DNA of 64,000 nucleotides from Paraspadella gotoi (Eukaryota; Animalia; Chaetognatha): NCBI GenBank assembly GCA_051294375.1, contig CM119265.1:16176896-16240895 (forward strand), written 5' to 3'. Position numbers and translations under genes: made by a program. The notes under the pieces are model-generated. The model was not told the DNA's origin. It was given only the letters and a program-made list of their open reading frames with translations, and searched no databases. Below, one piece after another: positions 36,201 to 47,516 of the stretch (position 1 is the stretch's first letter; every line of letters begins with the position of its first letter).

Positions 36201-36849
36201 CGCCGAGTGCGACGAGCTTCTCTAGCTCTGCTTTTGCCACCGCGAGCTTTTCCGGTGGTAGGCGACGGGCTCGTGCTTGACAAGGGCCGCCGAAGGTGGG
36301 AATGTGGTGTTTCACTCCATGTTTCGGCGCTTTGATTTCGAACGTCGGCTTTGAGAGGGCTGGGTATCGATCGAGAAGCTTGTAGTAGGCGTTTTCCTTC
36401 TGATCGACAAAGTTGACTCGAGATGGTGGACTGGCTTCAGAGATGTCACACGCTATGGTCGAGAGGTCGCACAGATCAATCAATGTTCCATCTCGATGGT
36501 TTGGCGCCAGGTAAAATTCTGCCAGAAAGTCGGCGCCAAGGATGTTTTGCGTGACGTCGGCGGCTGTGACGTCGAAAGAGAATACTCTCGAGCCCAATAC
36601 TATGCGTTTGTGGACGACTCCGTAAGATTTGATTGGACTCCCGTTTGCAGCTTGAAGTTGCGGCCCAATTGGACCCGCGACTCTCTGCGCTGCTGTAGGT
36701 GGGACAAGAGAGACGAGGGCGCCACCGTCGACGAGCCAATGGCGGCCATCGGTGACGTCCTTGACGCGCAGAAGAAAGTTGTCGGGTGAATTATCATTGT
36801 CGACGCGGGGCACAGCGTTCACCGTCGCTGTCCCGCGGTGCCATTTCCC
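33250..36849 (-). CDS. pol: Ty3/Gypsy (CsRn1 clade) Pol: protease-RT-RNase H-integrase, reached by -1 frameshift
   Basis: 1190-aa open frame with LVDGGA, PFGLKNA, YLDDIL, TDASD, FTLYTDH, HHCC zinc finger, D-D-E core (TTDRGAQF, NGLVERFHR) and GPY motif. Confidence 0.97.
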   Translation of the reverse strand, partial: GKWHRGTATVNAVPRVDNDNSPDNFLLRVKDVTDGRHWLVDGGALVSLVPPTAAQRVAGPIGPQLQAANGSPIKSYGVVHKRIVLGSRVFSFDVTAADVTQNILGADFLAEFYLAPNHRDGTLIDLCDLSTIACDISEASPPSRVNFVDQKENAYYKLLDRYPALSKPTFEIKAPKHGVKHHIPTFGGPCQARARRLPPEKLAVAKAELEKLVALGVAKRAKSSWSSPLLCVPKADGGWRCCGDFRRLNAKTKDDKYPVKLLADFNAELAGKTIFSKIDLLKGYHQIPVADEDVPKTAVITPFGLFVFLRTPFGLKNAGQDFQRMMDEILGDIPHTYVYLDDILVASSNEEEHLKDLEAVFNSLAENGSVVNRNKCILGQDSLEFLGYLVDASGVKPLPQKVEAIRSTNPPTTIKELQRFLGMVNYYRRFIPKAAQHAAALYDVLAGKPKQLNWSEKCSKSFEAIKEALANAALLRHPQTNAQLALTTDASDIAVGAVLEQRSPQGWEPLAFFSAKLDESQRRWPPFDRELYGAFRAVRHFRHWLEGRSFTLYTDHQSLIHALHKRAEPQTTRHNFQLSVISEFTTDIRHIRGKANVVADALSRPNPPPVAAVDRPVSPEKTQDLLSTVNAIGQEGIDLEEMARHQILDADFQRLSRDSRTGLQFRKVFLGNQQLFVDVSNGPARPFVPESWRRKIFDAIHGLGHPGVARTRETIAAKFVWPSLKADSTRWARECVPCQQAKVTRHVTPNIGEFEVPAKRFNHINVDITIMPASNGYKNLLTIVDRFSRWPAAIPMMDMSSTSVIDALTHGWISNFGIPSKITTDRGAQFVSTIWTQLTKSWGIKHFQTAAYHPQSNGLVERFHRRLKEALIALGNQEPNQWFWKLPSALLAIRTTIKPDIGASPAELVFGEGLAVPGDLLPPPIDDDDRLHDQRRQTRNNLRLEVERLQPTETSAHRAPRLYLPETLVDATHVFIQRAGVHPPLTAPYHGPYRVVSRDNLNFKVDIPGRGVETIAISRIKPATQWRNNEGEERVTQPSPPPPPPPRGRRPGPRTRQPAPTSRQTRSTARHQQPTSLTQNQNDDDDDDDSGQLLQSDPAPTTSVPEAPAPCDEVTPISGRPQGVNKKTDANPRAKNQQALTFGAPPASPATTQPEAIQRQPRPPVERVLRPRPLNFSYKISSATRPDYNAVLRRLLELQ

Positions 36850-37916
36850 AACTGCGGCTCCTTGCGATTGCGTCGCTCTCCTTTTCGCGCGCAGCCACGC
36901 TCACATCGAAAGGCGGCGTCGCCAAACTTCAGGTGCCAACGGCAAACCTGCTTGAGACGCGCGTTAGGCGGCCGGGAGATTGATGAGGAGTTGTTGGCCA
37001 TCGATGACGAGCTGCTGGTTGCGTCTGAGCGCCAGTTGCTGGTGTGTGGACGGTTTCGGTCGCGGCGCTGTCCCTGGACGGCATTGACGCCGGCGTTTTC
37101 TGCCTCAGATCCGCTGCCTGAGTCGTCGAGATGATTGTCGGGAGTGGCGGCGTTAACCGCTGGCGCTGACGACGCGAGAGTCGGTCGTCCCTCGGCGTCG
37201 AAAAATTTGTCGGCGGCGTCAGCAAGCTGCGACGCCGTCCAATCCTCAACCTTGTCTTCAAGGGATCTTCGCACGTCGAGAGGCAACCCTCTTATTAATG
37301 TCTCTTTCTTTATGTCGTCGATGGTCACGGTCTTAATCTTTTCCTCGAGTCTGGCCAAGTGTTGGGAAGGGCGCAGGCCATCGCGGTCAAAGCCATCGAG
37401 GATTAGCGCCGCCTGTTGTCGCCTGGTGACTCCATACTCCTTTCGGAGGTAGGCAATGAAATTGATCCAATTAGTCTCGGTAGGTTCGCCGTACAAGTAG
37501 GCGTTGACTCGAGGGTTTACATCAGCGCCAATCTTGGACTCCAGATGGGCGAACTTCTCGCTGGCGTCCTTGATGTTGGCGCGAGTATATGCCGCCTCGA
37601 CCCTGCGGATCCAAATATCTATGTTTTTGGGGTCGAAGGTCGGCAATTCAGGCTTTCGTTTTTTCTCCAGGGCCTTGAGTGCCGCTGCGAGAGCTGAGCG
37701 GAGGGATTCGGTTTCATCGACGCCGGAGGCGGTCGCCATGGCCTCGCTGACGTCGGTTGGCGCCGGAGAGAATTCGAAAACGGGCGTGTCTGGCGTGTCG
37801 GCAACGTTTGGAGAATTTTCGCGAGAGCGCCGGCCTCTATTTAGTATCAGCTGAACGTTGAGGTTGTTCTGTTCTCGAAGGCGAGAGGCTTGACGCGTGT
37901 GTCGCAGGTCGCTCAT
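36819..37916 (-). CDS. gag: Gypsy Gag with CHCC zinc knuckle
   Basis: 365-aa ORF with LPTFDPKNIDIW, GLRPSQHL and C-x2-H-x9-C-x3-C (CRWHLKFGDAAFRCERGC), the CsRn1-clade motif. Confidence 0.93.
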   Translation of the reverse strand: MSDLRHTRQASRLREQNNLNVQLILNRGRRSRENSPNVADTPDTPVFEFSPAPTDVSEAMATASGVDETESLRSALAAALKALEKKRKPELPTFDPKNIDIWIRRVEAAYTRANIKDASEKFAHLESKIGADVNPRVNAYLYGEPTETNWINFIAYLRKEYGVTRRQQAALILDGFDRDGLRPSQHLARLEEKIKTVTIDDIKKETLIRGLPLDVRRSLEDKVEDWTASQLADAADKFFDAEGRPTLASSAPAVNAATPDNHLDDSGSGSEAENAGVNAVQGQRRDRNRPHTSNWRSDATSSSSSMANNSSSISRPPNARLKQVCRWHLKFGDAAFRCERGCARKGERRNRKEPQLGNGTAGQRR

Positions 37917-37968
37917 TGATGTGCTTGTCGACGAGCCAGTTGATGTTCGAAGGTTGGATTTGTTTCAG

Positions 37969-38032
37969 CGTTGGGATCGCCAATGTGGATGACACCATAA
38001 GAATTCACTTCGTTGCCGAGGCGATCCTCTAA
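37969..38032 (-). mobile_element. PBS and last ~50 bp of the 5' LTR of Gypsy element 2
   Basis: Minus strand ...GTCATCCACA-T-TGGCGATCCCAACG, resembling the tRNA-Trp PBS TGGTGACCCCGACG. Confidence 0.85.
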
Positions 38033-38469
38033 TACTACGGGGCGGCACTTTTCGGTGCAAATGATTTGGTTCGGGAGTTCGAAATGGACGTCGCAGAAAA
38101 ATGATTCGGCCTCAAAGACTGAGAGATAAAAACAATCATTTGCAAAACTGGTCGAGGCCAAAAAAGAAAGACTTGTAACGAGAGAAGAGCGAGAGAGAGA
38201 GGAGAGAGAGAGAGAGAGCGAGAGAGAGAGAGAGAAGAGAGAGATGTAGGACATAAACTCTCGTTAGTTTTCGTGTCGCCTTAACTTCCTTTGTAAAATG
38301 TTTTAAATGTAAACAATAGAGAATATCTGTTTATAAAACATTACTTGTTTTGTTAATAATTGTATTGATTATGTTTGATTATGTGTTTAAACACCTTTTA
38401 TAAAAGGAAGTTAAGAGCGACTAACACAATGACGCATACAGAGAGAGATACGTTAGGAGAGAGAGAAGA

Positions 38470-38537
<68 letters not shown>

Positions 38538-39937
38538 GGAGAAAGAAATAACTGCAGACGATTAATTGTTTTCTACTAAAGACGCAAAACAAGTAAATGT
38601 AAACCGAACGCTGAGCGGTGAAAAATCAAGGACGGGCTCAAAATAAATTGGTTCTGGACCTCGTTGAGATAAAACCCGTTTTTTCTCCCAACTTTCAATT
38701 TTATTCGTGTTTTTTATTTTTCAAATAAGGGGGGGGGGGAATCGGATCTGTTATCGGGGATCCACCCTGAGTCCAGACCCGATAACAAAGGCGTCGAGAA
38801 TAAAGACGTATCCAGGAAATAAGACGCAATAAGTGAAACCGTGTATCTTTATTGCGAAATTAATTTTCACCGTCTAGAATTTAGCATTGTCTGCCGAGTT
38901 GTCTTTTTTTTCTTTCTTCTTTTTGTTTTTATTTCTTTTTTTTTTCCGTCGTGTTCCCTAGAGAAGCAATTGTCATTAGTTCATTGAATAAGTTCGTCGT
39001 CGTCGTCGTCTGTCGGTCGTCGTCGTCGTCGGTCGTCGTCTGTACGTGTCGTCCGGACGGTCGTCGTCGTCCTTGACGGTACCTTAGTTGTATCGTCGTA
39101 CGTTCTTTGGTAGTCCGTGCAGTTGAACTGAATAAAATGTGTAGAAACTTCGACGAAAAATAAATGCAGAATTAGGCTGAAAAGTTTTGGTAAAAAATAA
39201 AAATGTTGTTTATTCCCCCTTTTTGTTTCGGTGCTTTAAACGCAAATAAGCCGATATGAATTCTTGTTCTAGTTGTCTCTTCTATATATTTTTTTTCGCA
39301 AAACAAAGGGCCAGGATTGCCGTCCAAATGAAGGAATTAATGCAATGACATATTAAAAAAACGATAAATCTTGTGAGCTCAATTAGCTCAGGGGCGTGGT
39401 GAATTCAAACCAAATAGAAAAATCTCTCTCACGCCATTGGACGGCCGTGTCTAGATTGAAATTGTCTCTCTCTCTACGTATGCTCGCGCTCTCCTGTCAC
39501 ATCTCTGTCTTCCCCCATTGTTTTGAACCAAATCTCTCTCACGCCATTGGTATGTTTCGGCGCGAGATTTGAAATTTTCCTCTCTTCTCTCTCCTCTCTC
39601 TCTCTCTCTACATTTCCTCTTAGCACTTTCACTTTTTCGTCTCGTCTTTCCTCCGTTCGGCAGGTTCAATCGTCGTTGTCAATCGTTGTCGTACGTCGTA
39701 CAGTCGGTCGTCGTCGTCGTCCTCGTCTTTGTAAATTTGGTTTTGTTTTTCTGATCGACGTCATTTTCTATTTCGAGTTACTGGGCCTAATTGGAAAGTT
39801 CAAGTTTGTAAAATAAATTGTGTAAGAGTTTTATTTTTAAATTTCAGAATTAAAACACAATATAGGACTGATGTTATTTCCTTTCTTCCTTAGTTCGCCT
39901 CTCTCTTCTCATCTCTCGTCCTCATCCTCTCTCTCTC

Positions 39938-40478
39938 TGTAGATTTGAAATATGAGATGATGCATTTCCAGCCCGAACTCGAGGACCCCATTGCCCAAAC
40001 TTATTGGCTCAGCCATCACGCCACTTTGTAGAAGAAATATTATTTTCCTTAGACACTTATTCAGCTAACCAACGTTAATGAGTTCGCCATTTTGTTACAC
40101 AACAAAAACAGCAATACCGATTTACATCAGCTCAGCTGATTTCAGTTATTTTGGGTTCTATCAAGATTTCTTCTTGCCTTAGTAAGTCAAATGAAAATTA
40201 AATCACTCTGCAAGAAACTGTCTCCGTTAGATTATCACTTATTAATGTCTTTTACAATTATCTATATATTAATTATTATTGAATTGCCATTTTTGCGTAA
40301 TGAAAAATTCAACTTGCTGCCTGGCGAAAGCAATGGCCATAGTCTATATCTTGATTATTTTATAAAGGGTCCCTTATCAACATGTAACCAAGCGTTGGTT
40401 ATTAATGTTTACCAATTAAAATGACAATAACGACACCACGACGTCAACGCCAAACGCCGCAATCCTCGAACGTTAGAT
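39938..40478 (+). mobile_element. Remaining ~540 bp of the element-2 LTR, in inverted orientation
   Basis: Reverse complement of ~32547-33098; starts TGTAG and stops at the assembly gap. Confidence 0.9.
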
Positions 40479-40580
40479 ACNNNNNNNNNNNNNNNNNNNN
40501 NNNNNNNNNNNNNNNNNNNNNNNNNNNNNNNNNNNNNNNNNNNNNNNNNNNNNNNNNNNNNNNNNNNNNNNNNNNNNNNN

Positions 40581-41158
40581 TATGTTGGATTAAAATCCAC
40601 CAGGACAAAATCGGGTAGACAAGTCTGAACTAGACTATCAGACTATCAGACGAGTGACTCCAAAAAAATATTTACAATAATTTTAATATTTAATTTAATT
40701 TTTAAATCTTAAGTTTTCTTTGTTCATCCAATTTCAAAAAATGCTGTCCTGTACGGTAAAAATTTCCAGTTAATGCTTTAATTAATGGTCTACCAGAATT
40801 TTATTACTTTTAAAGAATCACTTTATAATGATCTTTTTACATACAGTTTTTAATTAAAAATAAAATTAGGCCTTTTTATCGATACTTTTTATAATTACTG
40901 AGGATTCATTTTTTTTTACAGGCTTTTACCCCAGTAAATTATTGGATAATCTTGTATAAAATACTCTGCTCAAAAAAGAGGAAGGCGGCAAAACAGAAAA
41001 TCAAATATTTAACCGATGAGTAATGATGAGTAATAACTCGCGAACGGACACGGGGTACGCAGGGACGGCGAGAGAATGGCGGGCCCCTCCACTGGCCACT
41101 GGCCAGTGGCCAGGTCCCCCTAGGGTGTGCCAAATTTCTCAAGTTTGAAATATCTCAA
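40581..41158. repeat. Gap-flanked duplicate of ~47526-48056
   Basis: Near-identical sequence bounded by N runs on both sides; likely an assembly duplicate. Confidence 0.85.
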
Positions 41159-41199
41159 AGNNNNNNNNNNNNNNNNNNNNNNNNNCAAGCTAAATTGGC

Positions 41200-44100
41200 T
41201 CACGCCCTTTGAGCCAGAATTTCCGACATCCGGAATGGAGATCCTCTTCTGGGCCGCCAGTGGCGTATCGGGCGTGAGGGGGCGTGCCGCATCGTGGGAT
41301 GACGCGAGCTGGAGCAAGCCGTTTGGCTATGTAAGGTTACGTGGTCGCCGGTGGATAAAATGTGTCGAGGAATCGAAAGTTAAATTATGTTTTTTCTAAG
41401 AAAAAATAGAGGGCGGGGGACAAACACTTTCGTTGAAACTTATTTTTTTCGATGCTGGTTTTTTAAACTAAATTTTTTTCTTGAATTTGAACAACAAAGA
41501 ACATACGAAATCAAAAAATATTTATACTTGGTTCGTAGGTGGCGGGAAGCTCACTTTCCCGTACTGGCGGGGCGACCAACGTCTACTTTATGACGGATCG
41601 CCTCAGAGATCCGCGTCGACTGTGACATTTCTACCACACCGAAGTATTGTGGTTCTGAAAATAATTGTGTCTGTCAATTAAAATTAACTTATGTTTTAGG
41701 TTATAAGAGAATAATTTTGAGAGTTGCGCATATAAGTATGTTAGCGGGAAGGTCTAATCATCTATTACTATTAGACTAGTAAGCTAATTGATTCTGTTTT
41801 TTTTGTTTTTTTACCTTTGGGCTCAACAACGCTTGAACGATTCGGAGAGACTTCGATGGAGGCCTCGGGATTTTTGCGGCACGTCGAAAAGAGTGGTCGC
41901 TTTGGAAAGAAATCCGACCCGGCAGAGTTTGGCCGATCTGTCAATCGAAATATTAAGGTATCGTCATCAAAACACGCCATAAATTCCCAAATTCCGTCAA
42001 ATCCTCACCTGTGATCCCGGCAAACGACTTTTCCCTTCCGTTCAAGGATCTTGGCGACGGCGTTCTTTTCTTCCTTTTTCTTCCTTGACACTTTGTAGTT
42101 CTATTTCCATTGTCACTGCCGTAGCTTTTGGCCGCCGCTGGACCCTTTGTCGACTTGTCAGTTGTTTAGGAACGACTGTTTCTTCCGTCACGATTCGCGC
42201 ATGTCGTCAAAACGTTTGATGTCGAGACTCAATACATTTTGTTTCATGATGTTTCTGAGGAAAGAAAGGCTCATCCTTAGTTCTCATGCGTGAGTTTTCT
42301 ATTTGCTTCAGTTTTTTCATCACCTTCTTCAGCGTTGCAACATTGCGCCATCGTGAAGCATCGTCTTCGTTGATCGGCAGGCATCGGGTTGACTCTCTTT
42401 TCGCTGATTCATCTGCTTACTTGGCGCTTCGTTCTTTTAGGAGAGCTACGGCTCCAACGCTCTCGTCTCGTTCTCATACCGCTCCCCACTCCGCTCACCC
42501 TTTTTCTCTTCGACTCTTCGTTCGTGTGCAGAAAAACATCACCTTCCTTTCCAGCCTTTCTCTTTCTTCCTGCGTCGTTTTCTCTAACCGCTCTTTCTTC
42601 TTTCTTTCCCTGCAATCTCTGAACCGTTCCACTCTATTACCTCGCCCGCCTTTCGCCCCGAAACGAACGTCTGCCTCAAAGAGATCCAATTTCTTCTTGG
42701 AGCCGCTGCCGTTGTCGTCATAGCGGTCGGACCGTCGTCGTCTTCGCCGATTCCAGGATGTCGCTTCACCTGGCGCAACTTTCTTCGTCTTCCTTAGATC
42801 GTTGTCTCGTCGTCGTGGCGACTTTCCCTCTTTCTTCCTCAATGCTCTCTCTTTCCTCCCCTTCTTCGAAATTTTCGTTTCTCCTTCCTCGGTAGGTTTT
42901 TCCCTTTATTCGTTAATTATTTCTTTTTCTGCTTTCGCTCACTTTCGTTTTCCTTTTCGTTTCATTTCTCTCACGTCAATCCCTTTTCCTTCCCCCTTTT
43001 CTCCTTCTTCCTCCTCCGCCTCCCTGGCCTCTCTTCCCCGCCTTCTCCCTTGCTTTCCTCGTCCTCTCTTGATGCTTCTTCTTCGCGCTCACAACTTCTT
43101 CATCCTCTCTTTTCTCTCGAATTCCTCCACCTCTCCGTCGATCGTCTGCTCGACGTGACGTCCCGTCTCGTCGGAGATTGTCGAGTCGGAGAGGGTGTCG
43201 CGCGGCGGCGATAAACTCTGGAGTGAAGTTTTGGAAAGAAGCACAAGATATCAAAGTATAATAATGACAATGACGCCAAGCAAACTCAAAATTCGTTCAC
43301 CTATCCTTTTTGTCCTCATTCTCGCGCCGCTGACATCCTGCGCTTCGTCAAATTTAAAATGAAAAATGGAAACGATGAATTCGAAATACGTACGAATTAA
43401 AAGAAACAAACCAAGAACTCACTCGTAGTCGGACAATTACATCCGGGTGGGCGTCTTTGGTCGCGAGTACGACTATGACGATCTCTTATTCCTTGCTTTC
43501 GCGCCGCATCGTCATCGCCCTCAAGGATCTGATATATACATATAGTTTTTCCGCGTTCAAAATATCATTTTGATGTCAAAGTAGCACTTGTGTTTAAACA
43601 CTTCATTCCAAAAGAATATCTTATTTTACATTAGAATTAAATAATTAATCCATACCTTGGCGCCTTCCTTTCTCGCGCATGCGATTATCAAAGCAGATTT
43701 GTCGTCGTCGTCTCCTCTCAAGGAAATCGTCAGTGTTATCCAACAAAAGTTCAACGACATCATTTCTGGACAATCCTGCATCAGCGCCAGCATCAAGGCC
43801 GTTCGCCGTTGTTGTCGCTGTGTTCATTGTTTTGTTTTCATTATTATTAGTACTTTCTTATGTAAAATAAATGTACTGACACCGCGTTGACGTTAGCCCC
43901 GGATTTAATGAGGTAGGCGGCACCATCTCTTCCATTGGGCGCGGGTCTGCAGGTCCTCCTGCATTCGTTGGTAGCTCAAGCACAAGCCGAAAAGAAACTC
44001 AACGTCGTTAAGCTGCGTCAAAAAAAATGTTTACAAGTTCATCATGATCATTATTGTCAGATATTTTCTCCGACTAGACTGCTAGCCGCGTCAAGATGTC

Positions 44101-44640
44101 TGAGTGTTACGTCGCAGCCGCCGTCGACCAACATTCGGGTAAGTCTGAGCCTCCGCAGCAACACGCCTAAATAAAAAAGGAAGAACAGAAAAACTTGACA
44201 ATCTGCCAAATTAAATCGCTTTCTCCGTGCCTCACTCTGAGCAAGGCGACTTTCCCGATGCTTTCCGGACATTCTTCATGGCAGCCGACATGGGATTCAT
44301 TTTGTCGGTAAAAGGCAGCGGACGCGGCGGTGGTGGCGGCGCCGCTCTCGCCGATGGCGTCGTCCAGGTCTCCGTCAAAGACTCGCCTCCAGTTCTCCTC
44401 TTCGTTCGTCGGTTGCCACCCGCGTCTTCTCCGTCACCAGTTGCTATATAAACGAGCGGAATAAAATTTTATTAAAAAAAAACAACAAAATCAGATCGTA
44501 GAAGATTGTGAACGTAAATTTTTTTCAACTTTACGTTCGTTCTTGATTTTGTTGTTGGTGCGCCTCCATAATTTAATTATTTACTCACTCATCAGCATCG
44601 GTTTCATTGAAACAAATACGGATAGTAGGGTTCGTTTAAG
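41200..44640 (-). CDS. Multi-exon host gene with ankyrin repeats and a charged low-complexity C-terminal part; frames broken by indels
   Basis: Minus-strand peptides RMLVDGGCDVTLR, AAYLIKSGANVNA, TALMLA, DVVELLLDN and KSALIIAC in GC-rich blocks separated by short AT-rich GT..AG introns. Exon boundaries are approximate. Confidence 0.55.
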
Positions 44641-46639
44641 CTTGAATTAGATGCTATATATCCAGTATGTAGCATTGAATGTGAATATTTTTTTAGCATT
44701 CGTCTTTAACCGGAATAGAAATCGACATAAAAAAAGAAAGAGGACTGCGTCTCTTTGCCATTGATGCGCGGAGACCTCACGCGAGGGGGGCGTGTCAATA
44801 TAGAAAGGAAGGGCGGGCGCGCGAACGCGAGGGGTGGGATTGGTCCGGATGCGAACGGCGTGCCCTCTTCAGATAAGGGGCAAAGGAAGTCAGATAACCG
44901 GGCAAAAGAGAGCATGGAGGGGAGAAGGGTCAAGGTATGGGCATGGCTAAGACTCGACACGTCGTGATCCTCGTGCGATTTTGGTTTAAATAAATTTATT
45001 ACTTTTATTCGGATCAGGGTTAGAATACGAGGATTAAGCGATGATTTGTAAAAGGCTCGCTTGTAAGGGTACAGCTTGTGAATTGGGGGAGAGAGCGATA
45101 ACAGTGTGGGTAGAATGATAAGGAGGGCGAATCACGTTTAGACGAAGACAATGACGCAAAAGCGACATCGCGTGTCGACACTGGACAATCGGACGATCGA
45201 GATAAATTTTTTTATAAAGCATTAGACGTCATTGCATGCAGAGTGAGATGGTTGACGATCAAACAAATGTCATAATATTACTATAATCAATATATATAAA
45301 TAATTTAGCTTTTAGTTGACAGAAAAGTTTTAAAAACAGTACAGCTTACTTACGTACAATTAAGAATTAGTACGACTAATATAAAATGGTTTTAAAGAGT
45401 TAGTTATGAATTGGTACAACCAATATAAAAATGATCCATTCATTTAATAAATAGCTATCTTGCCCTGACTTTGGACATGCTTTGGTGTTTAAGGCCTCCA
45501 TCCACTCTTACAAGATAATGACATAGCAGGTCCATGCAAGCTTTCAATAAGACTCTCTCACAGTCTCGTTATTCACTCCCAAAGTACCTGGCTTCCTATC
45601 AATGAAGTGGTAAAATGTTTCAAAGAATGTTTCAATTGTATGAAAAGGACCACTCCCTTAAGTATTAGACTCGGGAATACATATTGTACTTTGCTCAACA
45701 TCAAACTCATTTCATAGTTTCCTGACGTAAAAACAATATTCCACCAATAATTGTATGAAGTGAAATAAAAGATTGAAATAACAATTCCTAATGGGGTGCA
45801 AGAATGTTTTTAAAATCTTGACTTCTGGATTCTGTATTGCAAACGAGCTTAATTATTATGATGAATCTTTTAAGTTTTTGTTCATTCCCGATCTCTTACT
45901 TTTTTCTTTCATTTTTGTCTTTTTAAAATCGTAAAAATGAAAACAAAGCAGCATTGGTTGTAAACCTCTTCTCGAAAGAAAAGTGATTTTAACTTATTAA
46001 TCATCACTTTTTTTCAGTCAAAGTTTCCTTTTGTTCCTTTTTTCAACAAGATTTCATTTCTTTTTTGGTGCGTTTTTCTTTGCTTTAAATAAGTTTTCGT
46101 TGTTATTTTTCTCGGTTATTCTCCTGAAAAATAATGGCTTGACGTCAGACTTGAATGGCCTGTGAAACAAATTCCGAGCCAAAAGAATTTAGAGACGCCA
46201 CAAAAGATCATTTTCCATTATTTTTTCTTATATCTTCGCAAAAATTACAAGCGGAAGTTTAATTTAAGGCACATCCAGCCCGATTTGACACCCTCGTCTT
46301 AAATCTTATGAAGTATTATTGGAGAAATCGATTATTAAAATTCGAATCTATAAAAACCGTTGTTGTCCCTCTGTTGTTGTTATTTTTTTGTGAAGGAACA
46401 ATTATGACGCCACAAACGAATGCAAGATAACTTATTACTCAGAAAATGTTATTTCGTCAAAGAAAAAAAAACGAACCAAAAATTGTCGTCGGGCGTTTTT
46501 TTATTTCCCTTCGATGTTTTTAAAAATAAACTGCTTGAAACGGTTGACATTTATTTTTTTTTTCCTGAATTTTAAGTTAATGGTTTTTAGGATTAATAAA
46601 AAATGAACAATAAAGACTTCTTCAAGCCGTAACTGTATT

Positions 46640-47516
46640 GGTTGACGAAAGTCCAACTGATGGAATCAGAAACGTTCAAATCGTTTCCGGACACGGCAAA
46701 ATTATTTGTCGAGATACATGTCACAAAGACTTAATTAACAAAAAGGTTATCGACGGCGACGGCGTCCGAAGACTATGTCTCCCTGCAATAATAGCAACTT
46801 CTCCGACAGGGAAGGTGTCTTGTCTTGAGGTAAAGAAAAGTAGCTGCCCTTGAAATTAAATTAAATATTTAAAATAAATTATAAATTAAAAATGATAAAA
46901 ATGAACGTCTCTGAATAATTTTTATAATGTATATGTAATTATGTATTGCCTCGTCTACCGGCCCCGACTCCTAGGACAGTTCCAACTACGACAGCCAATC
47001 CTCATCCGAACTTGATTCAGCCTTTCACGGGGCGTTCAGGGCGCTCGCGATCGCGCCAACGTCATGACCGCGCCCACTTCGGTCACCTTGCGGGCGCGCT
47101 TCTTCGCTGGAGCCGAGCTCGATCGTTCGCCTGCCGAGATGTACCAGACGTTTGAGAAAAGAGATAATCTTATAGATTTCACTTGCCTCGTTGGAGAACG
47201 ATTTTCTAGGCTTCATCGGTGATGACTATTTGATTAATTTATTGATTAATTGATAATTGATAACCACAGAAACGATTCCCCGTTAAATCGACAGAATGAG
47301 GCGAAATTCCAGTCTCGCCCTCAACCTCTAACGGCGCCCTCTTCCCCGAACCGGCGTCGTTCGTGTGGCGCTTCTTAACGACGAAATTCCTGATTTCGGT
47401 CTGACCGGCGTGACGGCTTACAAGGACACGCACGGAAAAGAAGCTGATATTAAAAATTTCTTGAGAGGCCGGCCCAAAATTGGAACCAGGTCGACCGCGG
47501 ACCTCACGAAATCTAT
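46640..47516 (+). CDS. Possible exons of an unidentified gene
   Basis: GC-rich blocks with splice-like borders (GAG|GTAAAG near 46829, CCACAG| near 47269, AT|GTACGT near 47516); no recognisable domain. Confidence 0.25.
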
